Shown piece by piece: positions 39,112-49,285 of a DNA stretch of 64,000 bases. The translations under genes and the position numbers were made by a program. Each line of letters starts with the position of its first letter. Within the stretch, counting starts at the first letter, position 1. Where the stretch lies: contig CAWIYV010000001.1 in assembly GCA_963840455.1 (NCBI GenBank), forward strand, positions 288,001-352,000. Reading direction: 5' to 3'. Below the pieces are notes generated by a model that did not search any database, had not been told where the DNA came from, and saw nothing but the letters and a program-made list of their open reading frames with translations. This DNA is from Nitrospirota bacterium (lineage in GTDB: Bacteria > Nitrospirota > UBA9217).

Positions 39112-39227
39112 TTGAAGCTCCCCGCAGCAAGCTGCAGGGAATCTTCGATCCTCAGGGTAGTTTTGTTATCCTAATCGCTCGCTAACCCCGCAGCAAGCTA
39201 CGGGGAATGCGCTCGCTCCTGGATTCA
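39112..39227. repeat. ~116-bp double-hairpin non-autonomous element (copy A)
   Basis: ttgaagctccccgcagcaagctgcagggaatc...ccccgcagcaagctacggggaatgcgctcgctcctggattca; inverted near-copy at 42181-42297. Confidence 0.85.
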
Positions 39228-39304
39228 CACGCATAGACAGGTCGAGAAACGGGCGGGCACCTTTTTCGGCTGAAGAGCGTCCTTCATTCCGCACTCCGCA
39301 CGTG

Positions 39305-40114
39305 CTAGATCTCCGTCAGCGACGTATCAGGGTCCTGCTTCTTCCTGCCGAGGACGCGAACACCGAGGATGCCGAGCTCATACAGGAGATAGATGGGGAT
39401 GGACATGATGGTCATATTGAAGGCATCGGGCGTGGGGGTGACGATGCCGCCGATGATGAAGGAGCCCAGGAAGGCGTATTTGCGGAACGACCTGAGCGAA
39501 TCCACGTTGATGATGCCCATCCGGCCGAGCACGACCATGATCAGGGGAAGCTCGAACACCGCGCCCGACGCGAGCATAAACATGAGGGTGAAATTGATGT
39601 AGTCCCCGATCTTGATGATGGCCTTCAGGTGCTCGGTCTTATAGGTAACGAGGAACGGGATGGCGAAGGGAAGCAGGAAGAAAAAGCAGAACAGCACGCC
39701 GATTCCGAAAAAGATCGTGGCAAAGATGACGAACTGGCTGGCGTACTTTCGTTCGTGGCGCAGAAGACCGGGCGCAATGAACTTCCAGACCTGATAGAGG
39801 ATGACCGGAAGCATCAGCATCATTCCGGCGACGAATCCGATCTTGAGGTGGGCCATGAAAGGCTCGGTGAGCGTGGTAAAATGCAGTTCCTGGACGATCT
39901 TGTTCGGCGTAAACGCAATAAAGGGAAATGTCCCCCGAAAGTCTGCCGTGGCGTTCAAAGGCAGCAGCAGAACACCGAGAATATCCTCGGAATAATTGAA
40001 ACAGGCGATGAAACCCACTCCGATGGCGATGGAAATGTAGACGATCCGCTTCCGGAGCTCATCGAGATGGGACCAGAAGGACATCTTGCTTTCTTCAGGA
40101 TTTGCCGTAGGCAT
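39305..40114 (-). CDS. tatC: Twin-arginine translocase subunit TatC
   Basis: [34 protein letters not shown]. Confidence 0.96.
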   Translation of the reverse strand: MPTANPEESKMSFWSHLDELRKRIVYISIAIGVGFIACFNYSEDILGVLLLPLNATADFRGTFPFIAFTPNKIVQELHFTTLTEPFMAHLKIGFVAGMMLMLPVILYQVWKFIAPGLLRHERKYASQFVIFATIFFGIGVLFCFFFLLPFAIPFLVTYKTEHLKAIIKIGDYINFTLMFMLASGAVFELPLIMVVLGRMGIINVDSLRSFRKYAFLGSFIIGGIVTPTPDAFNMTIMSIPIYLLYELGILGVRVLGRKKQDPDTSLTEI

Positions 40115-40436
40115 CCGTTCCCTTCTCCTTTTCAGCCTGCGTTCCCTCGTTCTCGCTGCCGGCGGCATTGGCGGTCTCGGCGGCCTTGGCCGCCTCGGCC
40201 ACCTTGATCTCGGCCTCCTTGCCTTCTACGGCGGCTTTCAGCTTCTCGATCTCCATATTGCGCTCCACGGACCGCACTTCGGTCTCGATGGTCTCCTTCA
40301 CCTCTTCTGTCGCCCGCTTGAACTCGGCAATGCCTTTTCCCAGGGCCTTGCCCAGCTCAGGCAGCTTCTTCGGGCCGAACACCACGAGGGCGATCACGAA
40401 GATAACGATCAGTTCCGGCAATCCAAGACCAAACAT
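40095..40436 (-). CDS. tatA: Twin-arginine translocase TatA/TatB family subunit
   Basis: MFGLGLPEL...[21 protein letters not shown]. Confidence 0.85.
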   Translation of the reverse strand: MFGLGLPELIVIFVIALVVFGPKKLPELGKALGKGIAEFKRATEEVKETIETEVRSVERNMEIEKLKAAVEGKEAEIKVAEAAKAAETANAAGSENEGTQAEKEKGTDAYGKS

Positions 40437-40549
40437 AGCTCTTCTCCTTTTTTCCGTGAGGAGCGTCGAGTGCGAAGCGCGGCATGAAATGCAGGCACAC
40501 CTCTTACGATGCCTTTTCTCCTCCGCACTACGAACTCCCCACTCCGAAC

Positions 40550-41611
40550 TCAGCTCTTCTCCGGTCTTTTTTCGACCACGACCTTGACCTCGATGGCCTT
40601 GCCCTGACGGCCCACCTTGAACGTCACGGTCTTGCCGATGTGACCGAAGGCGATCATCCGGGGAAGCTCGGCGGGGCTCAGGATCTTCTTGCCGTCAAGT
40701 TCGATGATCACGTCCCCCCGGAGCAGCCCCGCTTTGTCCGCCGGGCCGCCCTTGGTGACGGACCTGACGATAGCGCCGATGGGATCGGGCATGCCCAGCG
40801 CCTCAGCGATCTCCGGCGTCACGGCCTGCGCATCCACCCCGAGCCATCCGAGGTCGGGCCGTCCTTTTTCCCTGAGTGACGGAAGCACGTCTTTCACCAT
40901 GTTCATGGGGACGGCAAAGCCGAGGTTTTGCCCCTTGGCCAGGATCATGGTGTTGATCCCCACCACCTGGCCCGAGGTATTGAACAATGGCCCGCCGCTG
41001 TTCCCGGGGTTGATGGCCGCATCGGTCTGAATGAGGTCGTCATAGGGGCCCGCGCCGATGACCCGGCCCTTCGCCGATACGATGCCCTTGGTCACGGTCT
41101 GGGACAGGCCGAAGGGGTTCCCGATGGCCATGACCCAGTCCCCCACTTCCAGAACGTCCGAGTCGCCGAGCGTCACGGCCTGCAGACCTGTTGCCTCGAC
41201 CTTGATCAGGGCAATGTCGATCTCCGGCGACCTGCCGACGAGCTTCGCCTCGAGGATACGGCCGTCGTCAAAGGACACTCTGATGTCCGTCGCCTGGTCC
41301 ACGACGTGGTTGTTGGTCAGGATATACCCGTCGGCGCTGATCACGAAGCCGGACCCCAGGCTCTGGCGCACCTGCTCCCTCGGCGGCTGCTGGCCGCCGA
41401 AGAACCGGTAAAAGAACTGGTCCATCTGCGGGTCACCGAAGGGCGACGGCTGCTTCACTTTGATGACCTGACGAGTGGAGATGTTGACCACCGACGCCTT
41501 GTGCGCCTTCACCAGGGGTGCAAACGACTCCGGAGCGGTCACGGCCGGCGCGGCAGCAGGCAGGAGCGTGAGGATGAACGCGCAGACGTGGATGATTGAC
41601 CGGGACCTCAT
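40550..41611 (-). CDS. HtrA/DegP-family serine protease with one PDZ domain
   Basis: [33 protein letters not shown]. Confidence 0.95.
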   Translation of the reverse strand: MRSRSIIHVCAFILTLLPAAAPAVTAPESFAPLVKAHKASVVNISTRQVIKVKQPSPFGDPQMDQFFYRFFGGQQPPREQVRQSLGSGFVISADGYILTNNHVVDQATDIRVSFDDGRILEAKLVGRSPEIDIALIKVEATGLQAVTLGDSDVLEVGDWVMAIGNPFGLSQTVTKGIVSAKGRVIGAGPYDDLIQTDAAINPGNSGGPLFNTSGQVVGINTMILAKGQNLGFAVPMNMVKDVLPSLREKGRPDLGWLGVDAQAVTPEIAEALGMPDPIGAIVRSVTKGGPADKAGLLRGDVIIELDGKKILSPAELPRMIAFGHIGKTVTFKVGRQGKAIEVKVVVEKRPEKS

Positions 41612-41730
41612 GAAGGACCTCCGAACGGAAGTGTAAAATTCATAACACGGGGGCCGGGATTAGTCAAGGGATTTCATCGGGTTGCACCCTGCAACAGCGC
41701 CGGCATGAACGCGCGGCATGGATGAGAGGA

Positions 41731-42090
41731 CTACAACGTGACCCGTATCACGGTCTTCACATTGCCCCGCACATTGAAGTCGCCGGTCACTTCAAGGGCG
41801 CGAGGCTTGAGGCTCTTTTTCAACGCGTCAAAGATCAGGTTGGTCACGGCCTCGTGGGAGATGCTCTGGTCGCGGAACCCGTTCAGCCATAGCTTCAGGG
41901 CCTTCAGCTCCACGATCTTCCTGTTGGGCACATAGGTGATATTGATCGTGGCGAAATCCGGATAGCCCGAACGCGGGCAGAGGCAGGTGAACTCGGGATA
42001 GGATATCTCGATCCTGTAGTCGCGGTCCGGGTTCGGATTGTCCCAGATCTCGAGCGTAGCCTGCTTGATGGCCTTGGCACCGTATTTCAT
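41731..42090 (-). CDS. queF: NADPH-dependent 7-cyano-7-deazaguanine reductase (type I)
   Basis: [28 protein letters not shown]. Confidence 0.96.
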   Translation of the reverse strand: MKYGAKAIKQATLEIWDNPNPDRDYRIEISYPEFTCLCPRSGYPDFATINITYVPNRKIVELKALKLWLNGFRDQSISHEAVTNLIFDALKKSLKPRALEVTGDFNVRGNVKTVIRVTL

Positions 42091-42180
42091 GGGGTGAATA
42101 CTAGCAGGATGCCTTATTCAAGTAAAGGAAAAACACCAGGGAAGCAGGCGGCCGTGATCTTTCATGCATCGTAGTGGACC

Positions 42181-42297
42181 TTGAATCCAGGAGCGAACGC
42201 ATTCCCCGAAGCTTGCTGCGGGGTTAGCGAGCGATTAGAATGATATTACTGCCTTGAGGATCGATGATTCCCTGCAGCTTGCTGCAGGGAGCTTCAA
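42181..42297. repeat. ~116-bp double-hairpin non-autonomous element (copy B)
   Basis: Reverse-complement near-match to 39112-39227. Confidence 0.85.
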
Positions 42298-42379
42298 TCC
42301 GGGAGCGATCTCATTCTCCGCAGCCTGCTGCAGGGAGCCCCAACATTGCGCATGCCGTCAAGGGTCCTTGCCATACTCC

Positions 42380-43354
42380 TCAGTCGACCACCTTCAGCAC
42401 GATCTTTCCCATGGTCTGCCGGCCCTCGAGCATGCGGTGCGCGTTCCCTGCCTCGGCCAGCGGCAGGACATGGTCGATGCGCAGCTTCAGCCACCGCTGC
42501 TTGATCGCGCCCAGGACCGCCCTTGAGCGGCGGGCCAGTTCCTCATGCGTCGCAATATGGTTCCCCAGACTGCCGCCGGATAGTCTTATGGACCTCGCCC
42601 CAAGCTTGTTCGGGACAAAGGGATCCGCGGGGCCGCTGGCAGAGCCGAAAAGAACAATATGGCCGTGGACCGCTGCTGTCTCCAGGTCGCCGGTGAACGT
42701 GCCCTTCCCCACGCCGTCGATGATGAGGTCCGCACCCCGGCCGTCCGTAAGACGCTTCACCTCGCTCACAAAATCCTGCTGCGTATAGAGGATCACGTGT
42801 TTGGCGCCCGCTTTTTTCGCTGCCACGGCCTTCTCCTCCGTGGAGACCGTTCCGATGACCCGGGCGCCGAGATGCTTCAGCCACTGCACCAGAAGGAGCC
42901 CCACTCCGCCTGCCGCAGCGTGGACCAGGACCGTGTCCCCCTTTTTCGGTTTGCGGAAATCATGGAGAAGGTAGTGCGCCGTCATTCCCTGCAGCGGGAA
43001 CGCTGCCCCCTGTTCAAAGGACAGCTCCTTCGGCAGTTTGATCAGCCGGTCCGCGTCGACCGCCGTGTACTCGCTGTAGCTCCCGAGGTGGCCGGTATAA
43101 GCGACCCGGCCGCCGACGCGGAACCCTTTCGCTCCCGGCCCGAGCGCCTCCACCACGCCTGACGCCTCCAGCCCGGGAATATAGGGCAGCTGGACCGGAT
43201 AGGTCCCGCGCCGCTGGTAAATATCGACGAAATTCACGCCTGCCGCATGGATCTTCACAAGGACCTGGCCTTTCGACGGTGCCGGTTTCGGTTCACTGTC
43301 CGTCAGCTTCAGGACGCTTGCATCACCATAGCTCGAGATCTTTATTGCTTTCAT
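42380..43354 (-). CDS. qor: NADPH:quinone oxidoreductase (zeta-crystallin/MDR family)
   Basis: GVNFVD, PGLEASG, GMTAHYL, HAAAGGVG, GKIVL. Confidence 0.88.
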   Translation of the reverse strand: MKAIKISSYGDASVLKLTDSEPKPAPSKGQVLVKIHAAGVNFVDIYQRRGTYPVQLPYIPGLEASGVVEALGPGAKGFRVGGRVAYTGHLGSYSEYTAVDADRLIKLPKELSFEQGAAFPLQGMTAHYLLHDFRKPKKGDTVLVHAAAGGVGLLLVQWLKHLGARVIGTVSTEEKAVAAKKAGAKHVILYTQQDFVSEVKRLTDGRGADLIIDGVGKGTFTGDLETAAVHGHIVLFGSASGPADPFVPNKLGARSIRLSGGSLGNHIATHEELARRSRAVLGAIKQRWLKLRIDHVLPLAEAGNAHRMLEGRQTMGKIVLKVVD

Positions 43355-43517
43355 GGTCGTTCCTCCCGTTCCTCTATTGATGGTCTGGGTCTTGCTTCGT
43401 TCTTGATAAGGATAGATTAGCAAATATTCCAGGTACGTGACGCCACAAACTGAAAATATCAGGAGAGAACATCATTGTTGAGGTGTGCACTGTCGCTGGA
43501 CGAGAACGCGGTCCCTC

Positions 43518-43757
43518 TTATTTTTTAGGATCGGGATGGACCCGATACGAGGTGCCTGCCCTTCAAGCTTGACCTTTTTGATCCGTCCCTGGATGACCAG
43601 GTCAGCAAGGACCTCCTTCACCAGCTTCGTATGCTCATCGCTCTTCTGCCCCTTCTGCCGCCCGAACGATGCTGTCAAGGGTGACTTGGGCGTCGGGACG
43701 GCCGGAAAGATAGGAGAGTATGTCGAGCGCAGTCCCTGACCTGTCAGGATCTTTCAT
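43518..43757 (-). pseudogene. Small winged-helix-like hypothetical gene with two frameshifts
   Basis: MKDPDRSGTALDILSYLSGRPDAQVTLDSIV / QK..LVKEVLADLVIQGRIKK / YRVHPD pieces lie in different frames. Confidence 0.5.
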
Positions 43758-43836
43758 CGCCGTTCCCTGCCTGTCCCTGACCAGCTCCCTGCGAAAAGAA
43801 ACAGCTCTCAAATGAGCAAAGGCTGAAGGCGTTCCT

Positions 43837-44799
43837 TCACGGGTGCTCCGCCAGCGAACAGACCTCACCCCTTCCTTCTTTCTCTTCCAGCAACTGCTTA
43901 TTGATGTCGATGGCGGCTGTCGCGCCCTCACCGGCAGCGATCACGACCTGGTCCTGGCCTGTGTTCAACGGGCCGACGATATAGAGGCCGCGCAGGGAGG
44001 ATTCGTACACGCTGCTGGTCACATAATGGGCGTTCCCCGCATCCTTCTTGAGGGACAGGCCGGACAGAAAATCGTCGTTCAGCCTGATGCCGAAGGACGC
44101 CATGACCGCTTCGCAGGCTATACGCGTACCGTCCTCAAGCTCGAGCCCTTCCATGACCTTCGCGCCGATGATCCTGACGGGCTTTCCGGGGACGACAGGG
44201 ATCCCCTCATCAGCAAGCACTTCAGACGATGACGGCTGCAGGCTGAGCTCGTAGGGGATGAACGTCGTGTCCTTGGCGAACATCTGCTTCATGGCAAGCG
44301 CCAGGTTAACGGCGTTGAGCGAGTTCCCGGTGACGACGAGCTTCTTGCCTGTCGTACGGTAACCGTCGCAATCGATGCAGGTAAAGTAGCTCGTCCCCAG
44401 GAAACGGTGGAGATGTTCGATCGGCGGGAAAACATCTGACACACCGGTCGAAACGATCAATGTCACGGCCCGGTAGGCCGAAGCGGCGGTGAAGACGGTA
44501 AAGAGACCGCCGTCCTTTTCTATCTTCGTCACGCGGTCCGTCTTGATCTGCACATTGAAGTTTGTTGCCTGCTCCAGTCCGCGTCGAATGATCTCCATTC
44601 CTGATATGAGCCGGTGGGTGAGGACGTTCTCGATAAAATGCGCGTGGCTCGTCCGCCCCCCGCCCCGGTCGATCAGCAGGACATCGCGATTATAGCGGCC
44701 GAGGTAGATGGCTGCCTGCAACCCCCCCGGACCGGCGCCAATGACGATGGAGTCATAGATGCGATCGTCCAGCCCCCGTGTAGCGAAAGTTGTGTCCAT
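43837..44799 (-). CDS. Thioredoxin-reductase-like FAD/NAD(P)-dependent oxidoreductase
   Basis: IGAGPGG, CIDCDGY, C-terminal QVVIAAGEG. Confidence 0.88.
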   Translation of the reverse strand: MDTTFATRGLDDRIYDSIVIGAGPGGLQAAIYLGRYNRDVLLIDRGGGRTSHAHFIENVLTHRLISGMEIIRRGLEQATNFNVQIKTDRVTKIEKDGGLFTVFTAASAYRAVTLIVSTGVSDVFPPIEHLHRFLGTSYFTCIDCDGYRTTGKKLVVTGNSLNAVNLALAMKQMFAKDTTFIPYELSLQPSSSEVLADEGIPVVPGKPVRIIGAKVMEGLELEDGTRIACEAVMASFGIRLNDDFLSGLSLKKDAGNAHYVTSSVYESSLRGLYIVGPLNTGQDQVVIAAGEGATAAIDINKQLLEEKEGRGEVCSLAEHP

Positions 44800-44823
44800 C
44801 GTGGGCCTCCCTTCCGAAGGAGC

Positions 44824-45195
44824 TCACCGTGCAGTCCATGCACGGTGCCAAAGGTGCCGTGCATCCTTCATCGCCGCCTTACCGTTCTCAGGATCCACCA
44901 ACCGAGGCCCGGCATACTCCCTGATATGGTTAACAATCAGGGCGCCGAGCCTGCTTCCTTTGCGAAGATCCCTGACGATGATGCGCTCGTTCCCCCCTAT
45001 TCGCTGCACGATGCCGAATGCGACCAGACGATCGTTCTCAACGGCTGCGACTACGTCCGCATCCTTCTGAAGGCAGCCGCCATGATGCTTCTGGAGATAT
45101 TCCCGTATCCCGATCAGGTCCCTGCCGGTCGCATGCCGGATTGCCACGAGCTTGCCGGTTATCTTCGATATCCCCGTGCGATAAGGATCAGCCAC
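44824..45195 (-). CDS. Hypothetical protein (possibly degenerate GNAT-like)
   Basis: GTG start after GGAGGTG, between co-oriented genes; IRHAT..D and VAAVEND..VAFG. Confidence 0.5.
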   Translation of the reverse strand: MADPYRTGISKITGKLVAIRHATGRDLIGIREYLQKHHGGCLQKDADVVAAVENDRLVAFGIVQRIGGNERIIVRDLRKGSRLGALIVNHIREYAGPRLVDPENGKAAMKDARHLWHRAWTAR

Positions 45196-45200
45196 CGTGA

Positions 45201-45635
45201 TCACCTCCTGTGGCCGCCCGCCCGCGTTCTGCCCCCCGCCAGATGGGACAGGAACGCCGCGATGCGGTATCTCCGGTCCGCGAACCATCGGTAGGCGATC
45301 CGGGACAGAACTGCTGCTCCCGGCAGCCGGAACAGCGGGGCGGCAAAACGGTAGCCCCTGAGCCGCGAAACGATCCTGGGCAGCGCCTGTTCCCCGACCA
45401 GCACCGTGCCGTCGGGGAGCACCAGGTGCATTGCCGTCATGCAGTCGGAGCGATTGACCTCGGGGTGCAGCGCGCCCCGTTTTTCCGACTGGCACGCCAC
45501 CATTTCAAAGGACCCGCTGATCTCATGCTCGCTGATCCATTTCACCGTGCCGGAGCAAACCGGGCATTTGCCGTCGTAGATGAGCGTTGCAAGTTCCTTA
45601 TGATTGTTCTGCTCCCTCTTCATCTTAATCACCAA
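45201..45635 (-). CDS. DUF393/DCC-family thiol-disulfide oxidoreductase
   Basis: LIYDGKCPVC (DxxCxxC), AYRWFADRRY. Confidence 0.9.
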   Translation of the reverse strand: MVIKMKREQNNHKELATLIYDGKCPVCSGTVKWISEHEISGSFEMVACQSEKRGALHPEVNRSDCMTAMHLVLPDGTVLVGEQALPRIVSRLRGYRFAAPLFRLPGAAVLSRIAYRWFADRRYRIAAFLSHLAGGRTRAGGHRR

Positions 45636-46065
45636 AATAGATCTTCATGTCATAAGGAGTGGGGCGACCTTCACCCCGCTCAAGCCAGTCCCTCAGGCTC
45701 AACAGGAACGTGGCCCATTTGGTGCTGCAATGGTGCATGAACTCCCCGGGCTCTTTCCAGTTCGCATGGGTGAAGAGGACGAAGACCTGACCGTCCTCGG
45801 ATCTTAAGCGAAAGGTCACATCCGTGCCGACCCACTCTTTGGGCCCGTCCACGCATTTCCATTTTACCAGCTCGTTCGGCTTCAGCTCCACGACCTTCAT
45901 GTCAAAGCCCCCGCCATCGAACCGAAAGCGAAGAGTACCGCCGGGCTTGGCTTCCCCGGTGGTATCGGTGGACCACCAACGGGAAAGCCCCTCAATAGTG
46001 GCAATGGCCTCAAAGACCTTCTCAGGCGTGCTTCGAATTCCAACCCTATGACGGATATCCGGCAT
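45625..46065 (-). CDS. SRPBCC/AHSA1 domain protein
   Basis: PEKVFEA..T.EGLSRWW, EWVGT, FTHANW, W..FL.SL. Confidence 0.9.
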   Translation of the reverse strand: MPDIRHRVGIRSTPEKVFEAIATIEGLSRWWSTDTTGEAKPGGTLRFRFDGGGFDMKVVELKPNELVKWKCVDGPKEWVGTDVTFRLRSEDGQVFVLFTHANWKEPGEFMHHCSTKWATFLLSLRDWLERGEGRPTPYDMKIYFGD

Positions 46066-46168
46066 GGCATCCTCCTCTTGGGCACTCTACAGCCTCTTCA
46101 CTCGTTAAGCATCTGCTTCCGAAGAACTTTCACCTTCTCTTTCGGCGGCGCTCTTCCCGGCCCCGGCG

Positions 46169-46217
46169 AAAAAAAAGGCCGAGTCACCTGATGGAGTTAT
46201 CCTTCGGCAGCTCGGCC
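46169..46217 (-). terminator. Riboswitch expression-platform terminator
   Basis: On the minus strand ggccgag...ctcggcc followed by T8; its 5' arm is the aptamer's 3' strand. Confidence 0.75.
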
Positions 46218-46285
46218 ATCTTCCCGGGGGAAGATTCGTGACTTTCCGTCCCCTCCTCGCGGAGGGTTTGGCTTTATCGGGACTA
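46198..46285 (-). ncRNA. Cyclic di-GMP-I (GEMM) riboswitch
   Basis: Minus strand: cgataaaGCCAAACCctcc-GCGA-ggagGGGACGGAAAGtcacg-hairpin-gccgagcTGCCGAA, matching the GEMM consensus. Confidence 0.9.
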
Positions 46286-46301
46286 TTCCAGTCCTGTTAA
46301 A

Positions 46302-46330
46302 TATATACCTCTCCGGTCTGTTCCTGTCAA
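46302..46330 (-). promoter_or_regulatory. Sigma70 promoter of the riboswitch-led operon
   Basis: TTGACA-17 bp-TATATA on the minus strand just upstream of the aptamer. Confidence 0.65.
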
Positions 46331-46465
46331 GACATTCGGGGAGCTGATGCGCTCCCCTGCATGACGATCTGGCCGGTATGACCCGGCGCAGGAAAGTGGT
46401 AAAATACCATGCGGGAGCAGAGCAGCATGTGTTCCTTCGACACCTGATGCTGGAGGTGATCGGCC

Positions 46466-47185
46466 ATGATCGTGATCCGGAAACCAGGAGAAATCTACCA
46501 GATCGAGGGCGAGATCCAGAACGGCACGTTCCACGGCCGCTGGCACTTCTCCTTTGGCGATTATTACGACCCGTCCTTCGAGCGGTTCGGCGCGCTCCGG
46601 GTGTTCAACGACGACACCCTCTCACCCGGCGCTGTCTGGCCCCTCCATCCCCACCAGGACAACGAGGTGGTGACGTACTGCGCAGGCGGCGAGTTCCGGC
46701 ATGCTGATGAACGCGGCAAGGGCGGGGTGCTGAAAAAGGGGTGGGTCCAGCATACGACCGTTGGACGCGGCATGTGGCACTCGGAGATCAACAACCGGCC
46801 TGATGAGCCCATGCGGTTCATCCAGATGTGGTTCCTGCCCTCAAAGCACGGCCTTGATCCTTCGGTGGAACAGAAGGCGATCGAACAGAAGGACCGGACA
46901 GGCCTGTTCCTGCCGCTCGTCTCGAACACGTTCCCCGGCGCCCTCAGGATCGTGTCTGACGCTGCGGTCTCGTCGTCCTTCCTGACGTCGGGTCAGCAGG
47001 TGACCAGACAGCTTGCAGATAACTGGGGTTCCTACCTCTATGTTCTTGAAGGTGGTCCGGTGCTGGTGAACGGGAAGCGGGCCACGGCCCTCTCGTCGTT
47101 CATGATCACGGATGAGAAGCAGTTCACGGTCAGGGCCGACCAGGACACCGAGCTGCTGCTGGTCGAGGTGCGGATGGACGTGTAA
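46466..47185 (+). CDS. Pirin family protein
   Basis: HFSF..YYDP, LRVFNDD, HPH..NE, H.D..G, HSE.N, IQMW. Confidence 0.92.
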   Translation: MIVIRKPGEIYQIEGEIQNGTFHGRWHFSFGDYYDPSFERFGALRVFNDDTLSPGAVWPLHPHQDNEVVTYCAGGEFRHADERGKGGVLKKGWVQHTTVGRGMWHSEINNRPDEPMRFIQMWFLPSKHGLDPSVEQKAIEQKDRTGLFLPLVSNTFPGALRIVSDAAVSSSFLTSGQQVTRQLADNWGSYLYVLEGGPVLVNGKRATALSSFMITDEKQFTVRADQDTELLLVEVRMDV

Positions 47186-47205
47186 TCTCTGATGGAGGAA
47201 ACGAC

Positions 47206-47943
47206 ATGACCGAACCTGAGAGAAGGATCGCGCTCGTGACCGGCGCGAACAAGGGACTGGGGTTCGAGACCAGCCGCCAACTCGCCAAGATGGGCATCTT
47301 CGTGCTGATGGGTTCGCGCAATATGACACGGGGAAAGGCAGCTGCAAAGGAGCTGCAGAAGGAAGGGCTCCTGGTCGAGTTCCTCCAGCTCGATGTTACC
47401 AAGCCTGAGCAGATCAGCAAGGCAGCAGCGGAGATCAGGAAGCGCTATGGGAAACTCGATATCCTGGTGAACAATGCCGGCAAATCCGCGCATGAAGACC
47501 ATGGTCGGAACAGCACGGCCACGGTCTCTTCGAGAGCCCTGAGGGGGACCTTTGAAGTGAATTTCTTCGGCCTCGTGGAGCTTACGCAGAGGCTCCTGCC
47601 GCTGCTCAGAAAGAGCGCTGCGGGAAGGATCGTGAACGTTTCGAGCATCCTGGGGTCGCTCGCGATCCACAGCAGGGAAGGCGGCATGTCCTATAAGCCC
47701 TTTGCCTACGACGCGTCCAAGACCGCGGTGAACACCTTCACCATCCACCTCGCAGCAGCGCTTGCCGGGACGAACATCAAGGCCAATTCAGTCCATCCGG
47801 GGTGGGTCAGGACCGATATGGGCGGTCCAAATGCCCCGCTCACGCCTTCCGAAGGCGCGGAGACCGCGGTCCGGCTTGCTACGGTCGGGCCCGACGGACC
47901 TACAGGGAAGTTCTTTCATGGCGAGGAAGAGCTGCCGTGGTAA
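47206..47943 (+). CDS. SDR family oxidoreductase (carbonyl-reductase-like)
   Basis: TGANKGLG, NNAG, YDASK, HPGWVRTDMGG. Confidence 0.94.
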   Translation: MTEPERRIALVTGANKGLGFETSRQLAKMGIFVLMGSRNMTRGKAAAKELQKEGLLVEFLQLDVTKPEQISKAAAEIRKRYGKLDILVNNAGKSAHEDHGRNSTATVSSRALRGTFEVNFFGLVELTQRLLPLLRKSAAGRIVNVSSILGSLAIHSREGGMSYKPFAYDASKTAVNTFTIHLAAALAGTNIKANSVHPGWVRTDMGGPNAPLTPSEGAETAVRLATVGPDGPTGKFFHGEEELPW

Positions 47944-48113
47944 GACAGAAGTGATCCAGGAGCAGGAGAGCTATCGCAGGAGAGAGAAAGCATACCCGTT
48001 GCAAGGCCCATAACAGATATGAGAGGACTGAACAAAAGATAACGGTGGGAGGATTCTCGATCGTGGAACGCGAAATGCGATTGTTTTTTTGTTTCACCTC
48101 TATATAATGAACC

Positions 48114-49172
48114 ATGCCTCCTGCATTCAACTGTATCGCCACCGGCATCGGCAGCCTTCCCCTCACCGATCCCGATAAGGCAACAGCACTGGCCCTCCAT
48201 TACCTCCCCGAAGCCCCGATCTGGCCGCAGCTCCCGCAGAGGTCGTTCCTGGAGCACTTCTGCGCTCAGTACAGCGAAGGTTTTCCGGCAGTGATGATTG
48301 ACCAGACAAATGAACGGATATGGTTCGACACGTCACACGATCTGTCGGCAGACCTTGAGCGATTCTACGAGCGATACCTGGCAAAAGATGTTGAACACTT
48401 CAGAATATCAGAAGAGTACACTGCGGGCTTCTACGCCTTTGTCGGCGATCTCAAGAAGAATGGCCTGCCTCCCCGCGCCCGATTCCTCAAAGGCCACTGC
48501 ACGGGCCCCCTCACCTTCGGCATAACCGTAAAGGACCATGCAGGCAAGGACATCGCTTACAACGACATGCTCTTTGACGCCATCACCAAGGGGCTTGCCA
48601 TGAAAGCCGCCTGGCAGGTCAGGGTCCTGAAGCAGTTCGGCCTGCCGGTCATCATCTTTATCGACGACCCGGCCATGTATGCGCTCAGTTCCGGACTGTA
48701 CTCGCTCTCAGCCGACATGGTGGCGGACAAACTGCGCGAGATCATCTCCATGGTCCATGACGAGGGAGGCATCACCGGCATCCATTGCTGCGGCAATGCT
48801 GACTGGCCCCTCCTCTTCCGGACCGGTGTGGACATCGTCAGCTTCGACGCCTCCAGCTACCTGGACAAGGTCCTGCTCTATCCCGGGGAGATCAGGGAAT
48901 TCTACAGCCGCGGCGGAAGCCTTGCCTGGGGCATTGTGCCCACGACCGCGTTCACCGGTAAAGAGAACGCGGACAACCTGATCGATGAACTGGAAGGCGG
49001 GATACATCGGCTCGTTGACTCAGGGATCGACCGTACAACCATCCTGCGCCAGAGCCTCATCACGCCCTCCTGCGGGCTGGGGAGCCTGACACCAGCACAT
49101 GCGGAGGCTATTCTGGAACTGACCAGGGAAGTTTCGGATAAAATGCAGAGGAAGATACTGACACGGGGATAG
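48114..49172 (+). CDS. Core-MetE / MesB-like folate-independent methionine synthase (paralog 1)
   Basis: TGIGSLP, WPQLPQRS, KG..TGP, GIHCC, SFDA, AWGIVP, ITPSCG; single barrel of ~350 aa. Confidence 0.8.
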   Translation: MPPAFNCIATGIGSLPLTDPDKATALALHYLPEAPIWPQLPQRSFLEHFCAQYSEGFPAVMIDQTNERIWFDTSHDLSADLERFYERYLAKDVEHFRISEEYTAGFYAFVGDLKKNGLPPRARFLKGHCTGPLTFGITVKDHAGKDIAYNDMLFDAITKGLAMKAAWQVRVLKQFGLPVIIFIDDPAMYALSSGLYSLSADMVADKLREIISMVHDEGGITGIHCCGNADWPLLFRTGVDIVSFDASSYLDKVLLYPGEIREFYSRGGSLAWGIVPTTAFTGKENADNLIDELEGGIHRLVDSGIDRTTILRQSLITPSCGLGSLTPAHAEAILELTREVSDKMQRKILTRG

Positions 49173-49285
49173 GGGGACAAAGAGAAAAAGAGTAAATTAA
49201 TTCCTTTGACAAGGTATTGCACAGATGGGTCATAGCTCTTGTTCGACCAGAGGCCGTCCGGTCAGACAGAGATGATGATGCAATG

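Noticed and set aside
43635-43640. Possible selenocysteine codon in the small ORF downstream of the TrxB-like gene
   Set aside because: The protein-like sequence continues in another frame, so this is a frameshift rather than read-through.
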